From Deferribacterales bacterium (lineage in GTDB: Bacteria > Chrysiogenota > Deferribacteres > Deferribacterales > Geovibrionaceae): a DNA stretch of 64,000 nucleotides. Shown in pieces: positions 46,968-56,192 of the stretch. How positions within the stretch are numbered: position 1 is the first letter of the stretch; every line of letters begins with the position of its first letter. The position numbers and the translations under genes are program-made. The stretch is from NCBI GenBank assembly GCA_050251945.1, contig JBFWLW010000004.1:64001-128000 (forward strand). The letters are read 5' to 3'. Under the pieces are notes generated by a model that ran no database searches, was not told where the DNA came from, and was given only the letters and a program-made list of their open reading frames with translations.

Positions 46968-47618
46968 ATGAGCAAAACATTTTATGCTAATGGCAGTGCA
47001 GGCAAGATGGCGATTATGGATGGAGAATTGGATTTATCTGTAATTAATAATCCTTTGAGCAATATCGATAAACTCTATTTTCATAACAGTTTAGATTATC
47101 TTTATAAAATAGGCTCGGTATCGGGAGTGGCAAATTATCCCTCGTTAAACGGCTCATCATCATGGGTTTCTCTTACTACAGTGCCAATTGGCACATTAGC
47201 ATGGAATGATTCATATGTGCCGATTATCATAGGAAGGGTAAATGGAGTAGAGAACAATGGTTCTGTGTTGGTGCAAAAAAACAGCGAAAGCTCTTTTCGA
47301 TTCGTATCTATTACTTCTTCTTTTGCCTCTGGTGTTTTAACCATAGCAGGAACAGAATTAGCTCTAACAGGGTCTCCTTTAAGCAGTATCAATGTCAATA
47401 TTTCTGCTGATATTTATACTTTTGATTATCCTTCGGAAATGAAGATATGTGATATCTCTACTGATTCAGTTCAATTTGGGAATGGTCGGTTTCGTTCTGA
47501 TAGAGAATATCTTCGATTAGGTACATCTTATCATTACGCTAACTACCAAACCATTGAACTTTCCCAAGACAGTTTTCAATTTTTATCTTCTTTCTCTAAT
47601 CTAGGACTAGATATATGA
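46968..47618 (+). CDS. Tail-tip accessory protein
   Basis: LYFHNSLDYL; follows J. Confidence 0.6.
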   Translation: MSKTFYANGSAGKMAIMDGELDLSVINNPLSNIDKLYFHNSLDYLYKIGSVSGVANYPSLNGSSSWVSLTTVPIGTLAWNDSYVPIIIGRVNGVENNGSVLVQKNSESSFRFVSITSSFASGVLTIAGTELALTGSPLSSINVNISADIYTFDYPSEMKICDISTDSVQFGNGRFRSDREYLRLGTSYHYANYQTIELSQDSFQFLSSFSNLGLDI

Positions 47619-48037
47619 GTTTAATAATAGGCGCTGATAAAATAGAAATAATTCAAGACGGGAATACCGCATTCACAACTGAATCCAGAATGATATATAT
47701 CCATTCAAAGGTTTCATTTAGTTTCACTTTACCAGCTATCCCAGCTGGGACTGCTATTACCCATACGAATTATATGGTAGCGACTATCCCTTATTCTGCC
47801 AATGCTTTATTTGGTTACAGTCTTTTAGGACAACCATACACTAACCCAAATGGTAGCTTTGTATGTTCCGCAGCTTTTTTAAATACCACCATTATCGGCA
47901 TGAGGGTAGTAACTCCATTTGTTAGTGGCACTACCATTTATTTAAGGGACAGTGTTTATTTACGGACAGGAGGGACTAGCCAACTAAATACCTTTACCAG
48001 AAGTCTAACCGTCTATGCAGGCAACTACGACTTATAG
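47615..48037 (+). CDS. Tail-tip accessory protein
   Basis: Beta-rich, coupled start. Confidence 0.55.
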   Translation: MSLIIGADKIEIIQDGNTAFTTESRMIYIHSKVSFSFTLPAIPAGTAITHTNYMVATIPYSANALFGYSLLGQPYTNPNGSFVCSAAFLNTTIIGMRVVTPFVSGTTIYLRDSVYLRTGGTSQLNTFTRSLTVYAGNYDL

Positions 48038-48049
48038 GAGTTAACATAT

Positions 48050-48970
48050 ATGGCAATTTGGATTAACACAGGAACAATCAGCATCTCCGCAGGTGGAACA
48101 ACCATTACGGGAAGCGGTACGAGCTTTCAGACCGGAGGTACTCAGAAAGGGGACATGTTTCAAGCCCCTGACGGCAGAGAATACGAAATTACAAACATCA
48201 CCAGCGATACGCAAATGTCGATTTACAAAGCATATCAGGGAACAAATGTCACTGGCTCAACCAACTGGGATATAATACCTACTCAGGGTTATGTTAAAGC
48301 TCTTGTTGATGAGGTGAGAGAATACGTTGAAACGAATAACACAATAGTTGAAGAAATAGACGGTTCTGGATTATCGGTAGCTCATGGAGGTACGGGGGCC
48401 ACAACTGCAACAGGAGCGAGAACCAACCTTGACGCTCTAGGGAAGACCGAAACCGCGGCAGACAGTGCAAAACTCGGCGGGGTGGCAGCCGGTGCCTATG
48501 CTCAGTTAGCCGCTGTACAAACATTAACCAACAAAACAGTTCCGAATTTAAAATTTTCAAATACCGCATCATCTGATGTAAATACGCTGGATTGGTATGA
48601 GGAGGGGAGTTTTACCCCTGTCGTGATCGGAACCACTACTGCTGGCGTGGGGACTTACACTTATCAAGACGGTAAATACACAAGGATAGGGAACAGAGTC
48701 TTTTTTAACCTTAGATTTAATGTAACAGCTCATACCGGAACTGGGCAAATGCGCATTACAGGATTGCCGTATACACCTACATCTGAGTATGAAGGTGTAT
48801 ATATCGGTTATGCAAACAATATTACTTTTACGGGTACGCAGTTGGGCGGTTATGTAGACTCAGCATCGCTTAATATTACGATCTATGGGATATCCAGTAA
48901 TGCTACTGTTGCATCTATACCCATAGATACGTCGTTTGCATTAATAATATCAGGCTCATATCGAGTTTAG
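48050..48970 (+). CDS. Side tail fiber protein
   Basis: GGTGATTATGARTNL; YEEGSFTP..GKYTRIGNRV..ITGLPY. Confidence 0.8.
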   Translation: MAIWINTGTISISAGGTTITGSGTSFQTGGTQKGDMFQAPDGREYEITNITSDTQMSIYKAYQGTNVTGSTNWDIIPTQGYVKALVDEVREYVETNNTIVEEIDGSGLSVAHGGTGATTATGARTNLDALGKTETAADSAKLGGVAAGAYAQLAAVQTLTNKTVPNLKFSNTASSDVNTLDWYEEGSFTPVVIGTTTAGVGTYTYQDGKYTRIGNRVFFNLRFNVTAHTGTGQMRITGLPYTPTSEYEGVYIGYANNITFTGTQLGGYVDSASLNITIYGISSNATVASIPIDTSFALIISGSYRV

Positions 48971-48979
48971 GAGGATATA

Positions 48980-49204
48980 ATGTTAGAGAAAAAAATAATT
49001 CAACGGACGGTATCTATAGTCGATGCAGGGTGGGGAAAAACGGCAGAAGTATTGTGGGTTGATATGATAGTTGAAACTGTCAGCGACGTTGAAAATGTTT
49101 TATCAGAAAACAATAGGCGTTGTGCGTATGGTGTAGATGATAAAGAGCGTTTTCTCTCAGAGGTTGCGGACGCGGAAAGTTACATAACGATTCTGGGTTG
49201 GTGA
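48980..49204 (+). CDS. Small tail fiber-associated protein
   Basis: GGAGG RBS, follows the fiber gene. Confidence 0.55.
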   Translation: MLEKKIIQRTVSIVDAGWGKTAEVLWVDMIVETVSDVENVLSENNRRCAYGVDDKERFLSEVADAESYITILGW

Positions 49205-49225
49205 TTAAAATAGGGGAGGTGGGGA

Positions 49226-49477
49226 GTGACAGAAAAAGATGCTGAACTTATAGCGAAAAAAGTGGCAGAGGAAATACAGAAAGGGATGTGCAGATGTGGT
49301 CTTAACCATGAGCTTATGCAATATCATGAGGGTGATCATGTATTTATCGGTGAGATACGAAAAGGAATAAGGCTTGGAACAAAAATAGGCATAGGCACCC
49401 TTATCACAGTGGTAACAGGTAGCGCAATAACTGCTTTCGGATACGGCATACGGCATATGCTTAGTGGGGGGAAATGA
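49226..49477 (+). CDS. Putative holin/antiholin
   Basis: Single C-terminal TM, directly before the endolysin. Confidence 0.5.
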   Translation: MTEKDAELIAKKVAEEIQKGMCRCGLNHELMQYHEGDHVFIGEIRKGIRLGTKIGIGTLITVVTGSAITAFGYGIRHMLSGGK

Positions 49478-50040
49478 TGGCGGATTTAAATAAAGCACTT
49501 AAAAAATTGTGGAGCGTTGAGTTCTCAAACAGGGTTGATTTGATGCTTCATACTATCGCGGGAGATAGAGGCGGCATGACGTACAAGGGTATTGCTCGGA
49601 AATATCATCCCGCGTGGGACGGATGGGCGTTTATAGATGCCAACCCGAACCCGGAAATGCTTGAAAAGAACATGGTGCTTCAGGATAAGGTTGAGATGTT
49701 TTACCATCTCAATTTCTGGAACAAGATAAAAGGTGATTCGATAGCATTTCAGGCGGTTGCGGAAGAACTGTTCCTGAGTGCCGTAAACATCGGAATCAAA
49801 AAGGCTGTAATGTTGGCGCAAGAGGTATCTGGCACAAAAATTGACGGAGTATTCGGCGAAAAGACGTTGATGGCTATAAACAATGTTAATGCGTCCGACT
49901 TCTGCGAAAGATACACCGAACTTGAGATGCAATATTACGAGGATATCGTAGAGCGGAAACCGAAACAGAAAAAGTTTTTTAATGGCTGGATTGCAAGAGC
50001 AAATGTAATTAACGGCGATAACGCAGGAGAGATAGCATGA
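49474..50040 (+). CDS. Endolysin, GH108 + PG-binding
   Basis: DRGGMTYKGI; KFFNGWIAR. Confidence 0.88.
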   Translation: MMADLNKALKKLWSVEFSNRVDLMLHTIAGDRGGMTYKGIARKYHPAWDGWAFIDANPNPEMLEKNMVLQDKVEMFYHLNFWNKIKGDSIAFQAVAEELFLSAVNIGIKKAVMLAQEVSGTKIDGVFGEKTLMAINNVNASDFCERYTELEMQYYEDIVERKPKQKKFFNGWIARANVINGDNAGEIA

Positions 50041-50267
50041 CATTCAAAAACCTCATATCGGAAAATGGCGCACAAATAAGCATAGGTAGACTGACATTCT
50101 GGCTGTTGCTCTGCGTATGCCTCTGGTTCTGGCTCCGAGGTGCAGATACGCCAAACACTCTATTTGAGGCATGGGCGGCTATGGTGCTTTATAATCTTGG
50201 AAAAAAAGGTGTCTGGGCTTTTGATAAAATGAGTGAACGCAAGCACGGAGGCAGGAATGTTGAGTAA
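50037..50267 (+). CDS. Putative holin
   Basis: Two hydrophobic segments, SIGRL motif, basic tail. Confidence 0.6.
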   Translation: MTFKNLISENGAQISIGRLTFWLLLCVCLWFWLRGADTPNTLFEAWAAMVLYNLGKKGVWAFDKMSERKHGGRNVE

Positions 50268-50877
50268 AATATATAAGTGGGCGCTTGGTCTTGTTGCCCT
50301 GATCGCGGGAGTTTTGGCGCTCTTGCTCGGCATCCAGACGCAAAAAAATAAGACTTTGGCGGCGGAAGCCAACGAAGCAAAAAAAACCGCGGAGAAAGCC
50401 TCTGAACAGCTTGAGACGGTAAATGCCGCTGTGCAGAAAGCCGAAGAGAAACGGAAAGAGGTTTTGGCGTCAGAAGCATCTTTTGACAACATCAAAAAAG
50501 AAACTGCGGCGGCGGTCGAGACTGTTAAGCCGGCGAAGACAGAGCCGAAAGCGACGCGGCATCTTGGCGGCAAGTGGATTATTGTTTTCGCTATACTGTT
50601 TATGGCTTCCGGGTGCGCATCCAATCTTACAGAGTGCAGGACGCAATATCCATGTCCGGACAATGTTTGCGTGCAAGTCACTCCGCCAACTATCCCTTTG
50701 TTGCCGCGCCCGCAGTCGGCGGATGTTAGCGTTGACTATGATTCCGAACTCAATGGTTATCTTATCACAAATGAGCAATTCGATATCATCGAGGCAAACG
50801 AAGCGGCTCTGAGGGCAACAATAGAAGGATATGAAAAGCTTATCACGGTGTACAATGAATGGCGGCTCCGGCAGTGA
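50257..50877 (+). CDS. Spanin-like protein (i-spanin-like N-half fused to lipobox-bearing o-spanin-like C-half)
   Basis: N-terminal TM + coiled coil; internal KWIIVFAILFMASGC; Pro-rich segment. Confidence 0.6.
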   Translation: MLSKIYKWALGLVALIAGVLALLLGIQTQKNKTLAAEANEAKKTAEKASEQLETVNAAVQKAEEKRKEVLASEASFDNIKKETAAAVETVKPAKTEPKATRHLGGKWIIVFAILFMASGCASNLTECRTQYPCPDNVCVQVTPPTIPLLPRPQSADVSVDYDSELNGYLITNEQFDIIEANEAALRATIEGYEKLITVYNEWRLRQ

Positions 50878-51108
50878 TGTGCAGAGCGCTTCAAGAAGTA
50901 ATCGAGAGGCGGGCGAAAGCTCGCCTTTTTTAATGACCATTTTCGTGATGCCAAGAAAATGGTTCGTCGGAAATTCCAACTATTAAGAATTACTTTATAG
51001 TTCAAAATTTGGCACGCAACTTGGCACGTTTAGAACGGGTATTATCATACATAGGCGGGAATGATTCTGAAAAATAAGGTGTTTTTAACCGCTCTCAGGC
51101 GACCAAAT

Positions 51109-51135
51109 CAGGTTCAAATCCTGTCATCCCGATTT
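51109..51135 (+). repeat. att core (right junction; tRNA-Pro 3' fragment)
   Basis: Identical to 7448-7474. Confidence 0.95.
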
Positions 51136-51278
51136 GAAAAAGGGACATAAGCCGTCTGGCTTGTGTCCCTTTTTAATTTGCAGGATGGCAGGATTGCCCG
51201 AACTTGTTTTGGGCTCAATCATAGCAAATTTAACGTATATTTTTTCATACAGGACATAAACCTTTTGGCTTGTGTCCC

Positions 51279-51463
51279 CAGACTGGTGACAAAGTCAGAA
51301 AAATGCGAGATCGCGTCGTCGATTTATTCGATAAATAGTTTAAAGTGGACTCATTCAGCCTTCGGCTAGTGCTCCTCGCGAAGACAAAATAGTGTCTCTG
51401 CGAGGGTTTTAACCCGAAGCAGTCTAATGTGAGTCTTTGTAAATTTAGTTTGTCAACAAACTG
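51279..51463. mobile_element. MITE with IS1182-like ends and 28-bp palindromic target duplication
   Basis: CAGACTGGTGACAAA...TTTGTCAACAAACTG; AGGACATAAACCTTTTGGCTTGTGTCCC at 51251-51278 and 51464-51491. Confidence 0.7.
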
Positions 51464-51543
51464 AGGACATAAACCTTTTGGCTTGTGTCCCTTTTTAATT
51501 TGCAGGATGACAGGATGCCCGAACTTGTTTCGGGCTGTCCTTA

Positions 51544-52320
51544 TCATTGCCCGGTATTTATTTCCGCAAGGTATTTCTTCGGAGGTTTTCCGAAATTCTT
51601 TTTAAACATCGCGATGAACGCTGTCACCGATTCATAGCCGAGATCCCACGCTATCTGCTGTATGGAATTTCCGGCTTCCAGCTTGCGCAGTGCCGTTGTT
51701 ATCTGGAACTGCTGCCTCCAGTGTCCGAATGTCAGTCCGGTTTCCTTAATTACAAGCCTCGCAAGATTTCTTTCAGACATTCCCATCTTTTTTGCCCATT
51801 GCAGAAGCGTCGTTCTGTCAGCCGGATTTATAGTGAGTGTGTCGGCTATTATGCTAAGCTTTTCGCTGTATGGAATGGGCATGCTGTAACCCGCGACAGG
51901 CAATTGTTCAAGAGTGTGAAGCAAGGCGTTTGAAAACATAAGGTCGCCTGAGTTTTCATAATAGTTTTTTGGCATTTTTGACATATGCAGAACCATTTCC
52001 CGAAGAAGAGAGGATATTCTGAAAAAAGTGCATGTTTCTGCCAGTTTAATTCTTTCCGGATTTATGAATATTAGGCAATACTCTGTGTTCGCTGTCGACT
52101 TTGTTTGGTGGATTACGTTTGCGGGGATAAAAAGAGCGCTCTGCTGCGGAATTATCCATAGGGTATTGTTGATAAGGCAGCTCACATTACCCTTTATATT
52201 GAGAATCAGCTCACATTCCGGATGTGCGTGTGCTTCGCGTATGAAGTCTATATTTCTTGCACGGATGACCGTACGAACTGCGGGACCGCTTTTTTCGTAA
52301 ATAATTGTTTCGTTATACAT
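51544..52320 (-). CDS. AraC family regulator (cupin + HTH)
   Basis: HAHP cupin; IAWDLGYESVTAFIAMFKK. Confidence 0.92.
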   Translation of the reverse strand: MYNETIIYEKSGPAVRTVIRARNIDFIREAHAHPECELILNIKGNVSCLINNTLWIIPQQSALFIPANVIHQTKSTANTEYCLIFINPERIKLAETCTFFRISSLLREMVLHMSKMPKNYYENSGDLMFSNALLHTLEQLPVAGYSMPIPYSEKLSIIADTLTINPADRTTLLQWAKKMGMSERNLARLVIKETGLTFGHWRQQFQITTALRKLEAGNSIQQIAWDLGYESVTAFIAMFKKNFGKPPKKYLAEINTGQ

Positions 52321-52780
52321 GTACCCAGCTCAATAAATAAAATTTGTCATAATAAAGCTATTTGTTGTCAGGATAGTCGGATTGCGCCTGATTTCAACAA
52401 AGATATAATCGTTGCAGATGCTGAATACACTTCGATAGGTAGATGTATAGCAGATAGTGCAAGGAAAATCAAAGGTGAAATCCTGTATTCCGGTCATGGA
52501 ATATGACGAAATTGTCCAGAATCTATGTGGGTTTTACTTTTTTTCTGCCGCGGCTGACGGCGGCGGGTTCCTTAACGGTTTTTTAACTTTTGTATCAGGA
52601 TGCTGACGGAAGGTAATGTTTCATTCCCGTGTAAGCTTCTGTCATGCATAGATTTGTTATGCGGCATTTTCTGTGTCGGATACGCACGGTGGAGGTGTGT
52701 CCGGACTCAAAGGCGGCATATTGAATTCGGCTATTGTTTTTCTTATTGAGAAATAAAGCGAAAAAAATGGAGGCTAATTT

Positions 52781-55120
52781 ATGGCTAAAAGGATTTTATT
52801 TCTTTTGATGCTTGCTTTCACCTGCATGTTTATACTTGCGGGTTGCGGCGGCTCAGACGGCTCTGACGGCAAAGATGCTGACACCTCTGCTATCATTGCT
52901 GAGCTTCAGGCACAGCTTGAAAGCGGACAGATCACTATCCAGCAATATGAGGATGCTATCGCCGCTCTTCAGGCACAGGCAAACTCAGGAAAAGTTGCTC
53001 AGGTGGAATCATGCTCTGTTTGTCACAACGATGTGGCAGAGATACACAAACAAGAAGCCAGCATCGTTATTTCAAGTGTTTCCGCCACTGATAACGGTGA
53101 CGGTACTGCTTCTCTGGACTTCTCGCTCTCCTATGACGGAAGCCCTGTAACTGATATAACTACAGGAACAGTGCTTGCCACTCGTTATGTATATTATAAC
53201 GATGCAACTCAAAATACTGCTATCACTGGAACCGCGACAACAAAAAGAGGTTTCAGACGTTATAACACAGGTATTACGGCTACAGTCACAAACAACGGCG
53301 GCGGCAGCTACAGTGTCGCTTTTGCCGGGCTGAACACAATTCCTGACTTTACCGCAGGCACAACACCTGCTCGTCTGTTTATCTCCGGTTCATCCACAAC
53401 TGCCGGCGGTTTCACTCTTACGGGCGACACCAACGGCGGTGTTCAGGGTGTTTATATCGACAGCACCGGATGCGAAAGATGCCACACCAGCGTATTCGAG
53501 TCATCACACCACGGCGCTTACAGCCCTCAGGGCGACCAGTGTCTCGTTTGTCACTCAAGATATGACGGCGGTACGGATTCTGAAGCCGGTCACAGACTTA
53601 CAAGATATGTTCACGGTATCCACAATTCCGAGAACATGACCGACGGAATATTTGTAAGAAGCTACACAACTGATACAAACGGCAACCGTGTGCCGGTTAC
53701 AACAACTCCTGACGGTGACGATACTTTTGCTGTTGGCTTTCCCACAAAAATGTCAGACTGCGAAGTTTGCCACACAACTCAGGTTGCAGATGTAACTGAC
53801 AACTCTCAGATGAACCTTACTCTCTGCAAATCTTGCCACAGAGGTTCAAAAGACCCATGGCTGACAACGGATGCAGGCTATGCCGATGCCATTGCAGAGG
53901 TCTGGGCGGCTATCCCCATGCCCAACGACGCTATCCGCAGCATCCACACCAACATGACAGAAGCCACCACTTGTGTCAGCGGTTCTTGCCACGGTTCGGC
54001 AGGTAAAGATCTTGCTGATATCCACTCCGGAAAAAGCAAAGCCAGAGAACTTGGTAAAAACATCTATTACTTCACTCCCGAAACTTCAGTAGCAAACGGC
54101 GTGCTGACTGTTACATGGGGTGCATTTGAAGATGCAAACGGAAACGGTACATACGATTCCGGCACGGATACAATGCTTGATGTAACAAACGCCACAGACA
54201 CAACCAAGCCTGTGTTCATGCAGACATACAGCGAAAGAGTTGTTGACGGTGTGATTCAGTCCGACGGCGTGAGAATTCTTGTGGGCTACTATGGACACGG
54301 CACGAAAGACGTTGCCAACTATGAAGGCTTCACAAAAACCAATTTCACAACAACGGATGCAACAGCATCAGGTTACACAACTGTCAACTCCGACGGCAAA
54401 GCTGTGACAAAAATAAAACTCAGCTCAACCATAATGACGCAATACGATGCGACCGAGGGTATTGTGGGCATTATCGGTATCCCGTGGGTTGACGGAGAGA
54501 ACGCTATCGTTAAAAGCGTTGCGAAAGAGTTTACCCTTGCCGACGGCGCAGACCTTGCGTCACCCCGCACGGCTGTTGCAAGCGACTCTAAATGCGACCA
54601 GTGTCACAACACGATAGCTATCCACATGGAAGAAGATGCTTCTTCGGGTCATGGACACACTGCGATAGGCGCTGTTGACGTATGCAGAATATGCCACGTT
54701 CCCAGTGCGGCGGCAGGACATTATCCTCAGCAGTCAAGATCCATCGACTCCTATGTCCACGCAATCCATGAGGGTGAACCCACTTTTGCCTCATATGGTT
54801 CAGAGGCAATTGAGTACCCGAAAAGCACCGCTGACTGCGAAGCATGTCACGATGCCGGAACATATGAAGTACCGGATCAGACAAAATCTCTCGGCGGCGT
54901 AATAAGCGGTTCCGAAGGTGCGAACACAACTGCTGACCAGTTTGTCACAGGTCCCGCGGCAGTGGCATGCGGCGGATGTCACAGAGCTTACCCTGTTATC
55001 ACAGGAAACTCTTCTGACCTTGCAAGCTTCAATGCACACACAAAAACATTCGGCTACAGAGCTGCTCTCAGCGACATGCCCTATGTTGATGTTCTGGACG
55101 TTGTATTCTCGCTGTTTTAA
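52781..55120 (+). CDS. OmcA/MtrC-like decaheme c-type cytochrome lipoprotein
   Basis: Lipobox LAGC; 9 CxxCH + 1 CX4CH; HGIH/HAIH distal His motifs. Confidence 0.85.
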   Translation: MAKRILFLLMLAFTCMFILAGCGGSDGSDGKDADTSAIIAELQAQLESGQITIQQYEDAIAALQAQANSGKVAQVESCSVCHNDVAEIHKQEASIVISSVSATDNGDGTASLDFSLSYDGSPVTDITTGTVLATRYVYYNDATQNTAITGTATTKRGFRRYNTGITATVTNNGGGSYSVAFAGLNTIPDFTAGTTPARLFISGSSTTAGGFTLTGDTNGGVQGVYIDSTGCERCHTSVFESSHHGAYSPQGDQCLVCHSRYDGGTDSEAGHRLTRYVHGIHNSENMTDGIFVRSYTTDTNGNRVPVTTTPDGDDTFAVGFPTKMSDCEVCHTTQVADVTDNSQMNLTLCKSCHRGSKDPWLTTDAGYADAIAEVWAAIPMPNDAIRSIHTNMTEATTCVSGSCHGSAGKDLADIHSGKSKARELGKNIYYFTPETSVANGVLTVTWGAFEDANGNGTYDSGTDTMLDVTNATDTTKPVFMQTYSERVVDGVIQSDGVRILVGYYGHGTKDVANYEGFTKTNFTTTDATASGYTTVNSDGKAVTKIKLSSTIMTQYDATEGIVGIIGIPWVDGENAIVKSVAKEFTLADGADLASPRTAVASDSKCDQCHNTIAIHMEEDASSGHGHTAIGAVDVCRICHVPSAAAGHYPQQSRSIDSYVHAIHEGEPTFASYGSEAIEYPKSTADCEACHDAGTYEVPDQTKSLGGVISGSEGANTTADQFVTGPAAVACGGCHRAYPVITGNSSDLASFNAHTKTFGYRAALSDMPYVDVLDVVFSLF

Positions 55121-55927
55121 CAGTTGACCATGAAAGCTCCGTGCGTATGTGCGGAGCTTTCTTTTAAATATTTTGCTTATACCCGCGGGCAGACGCTGTC
55201 TGTCGGTATGAGAAAAACATACCTGTTTGCACTGGAAGCGGATATGTAAAAAATGTAGCCTCCTTTTGCATTTTTACATAGGTCATTACTTTTAAAAAAT
55301 ATCGTTTCCAGTGCTTCTTTTTTCTTCTTTACAATTTTAACAGAGCAGCCTGTCCGGTTATTATAACAACCGTTATTTTCTTTGTTCCTGCTTATAACTG
55401 TCTTATGAGTGGTGATATTTTCTTGTTTTTGCTGCGGGTTTTTCAAAATTTAAGTGTTTATAAAAAATTAAACACATGTCTCATTGTTAACTTTTTACAC
55501 GAAAGCATATGAGCGGATGTATAATAGGTTGATGTCTAAGATTATATTTCATGAAATATTATAGCATCAATGTTTTTTGAATTAACTATAAGTGATATTA
55601 GTATTTCTAATAGTTTACTGTTAATTTGATATTAACTAAGTTCGTTAATATTTCATAAAAATATTTTATATCTATGTTTTGTATTATTGTTGTATTTTTA
55701 AATATGGCTTTTTGTGATATTGAAATTAACCCTTGAATAAAGCAATAAATGATGTTATCAATCATAGAACATTGTATTATAAAATGAATATAAAAGATGT
55801 TAGAAAATTTAAATGTTTGATTTCAGAAATTTAACCTGAGTGCAGATAAACTCAAACGGGGGTGACGGTTAAACAGGTTTCATGGGTTGACCACCCGCAG
55901 TATCGAAAAATAATGAGGAGGTAATCT

Positions 55928-56182
55928 ATGGAGAAAACTCAAGAACTTTACTGGAAAAAAGTTTTGAGACTGATTCGCAATGTGCTTATCGTGTGGTTCC
56001 TCTGCTCATACGGAGCTGGAATAATGTTCGCAGGCGCGCTGGACAAGATCAAACTCGGCGGATATCCTCTCGGGTTCTGGTTTGCACAGCAGGGTTCAAT
56101 CTACATCTTTGTCGCTCTCATCTTTATCTATGCGAAACTGATGGGCAAGATAGACGAAGAATTTGACGTGGCAGAAGATTAA
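55928..56182 (+). CDS. DUF4212/YjcH-like small membrane partner of ActP
   Basis: GYPLGFWFAQQGSIY. Confidence 0.88.
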   Translation: MEKTQELYWKKVLRLIRNVLIVWFLCSYGAGIMFAGALDKIKLGGYPLGFWFAQQGSIYIFVALIFIYAKLMGKIDEEFDVAED

Positions 56183-56192
56183 GGAGGTGCCT

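Larger units (their letters stand above)
7448..51135. mobile_element. Temperate siphovirus-like prophage (~43.7 kb), apparently complete
   Basis: Bounded by 27-bp direct repeats; integrase, immunity, replication, terminase, head, tail and lysis modules in canonical order. Confidence 0.96.

Noticed and set aside
43667..48970. Diversity-generating retroelement or invertible tail fiber system
   Set aside because: No reverse transcriptase, invertase or TR/VR pair seen
52500..52780. Riboswitch upstream of the cytochrome
   Set aside because: Hairpins are present but no recognisable aptamer consensus
55177..55446. 89-aa minus-strand ORF
   Set aside because: Weak start, AT-rich intergenic context, no motifs
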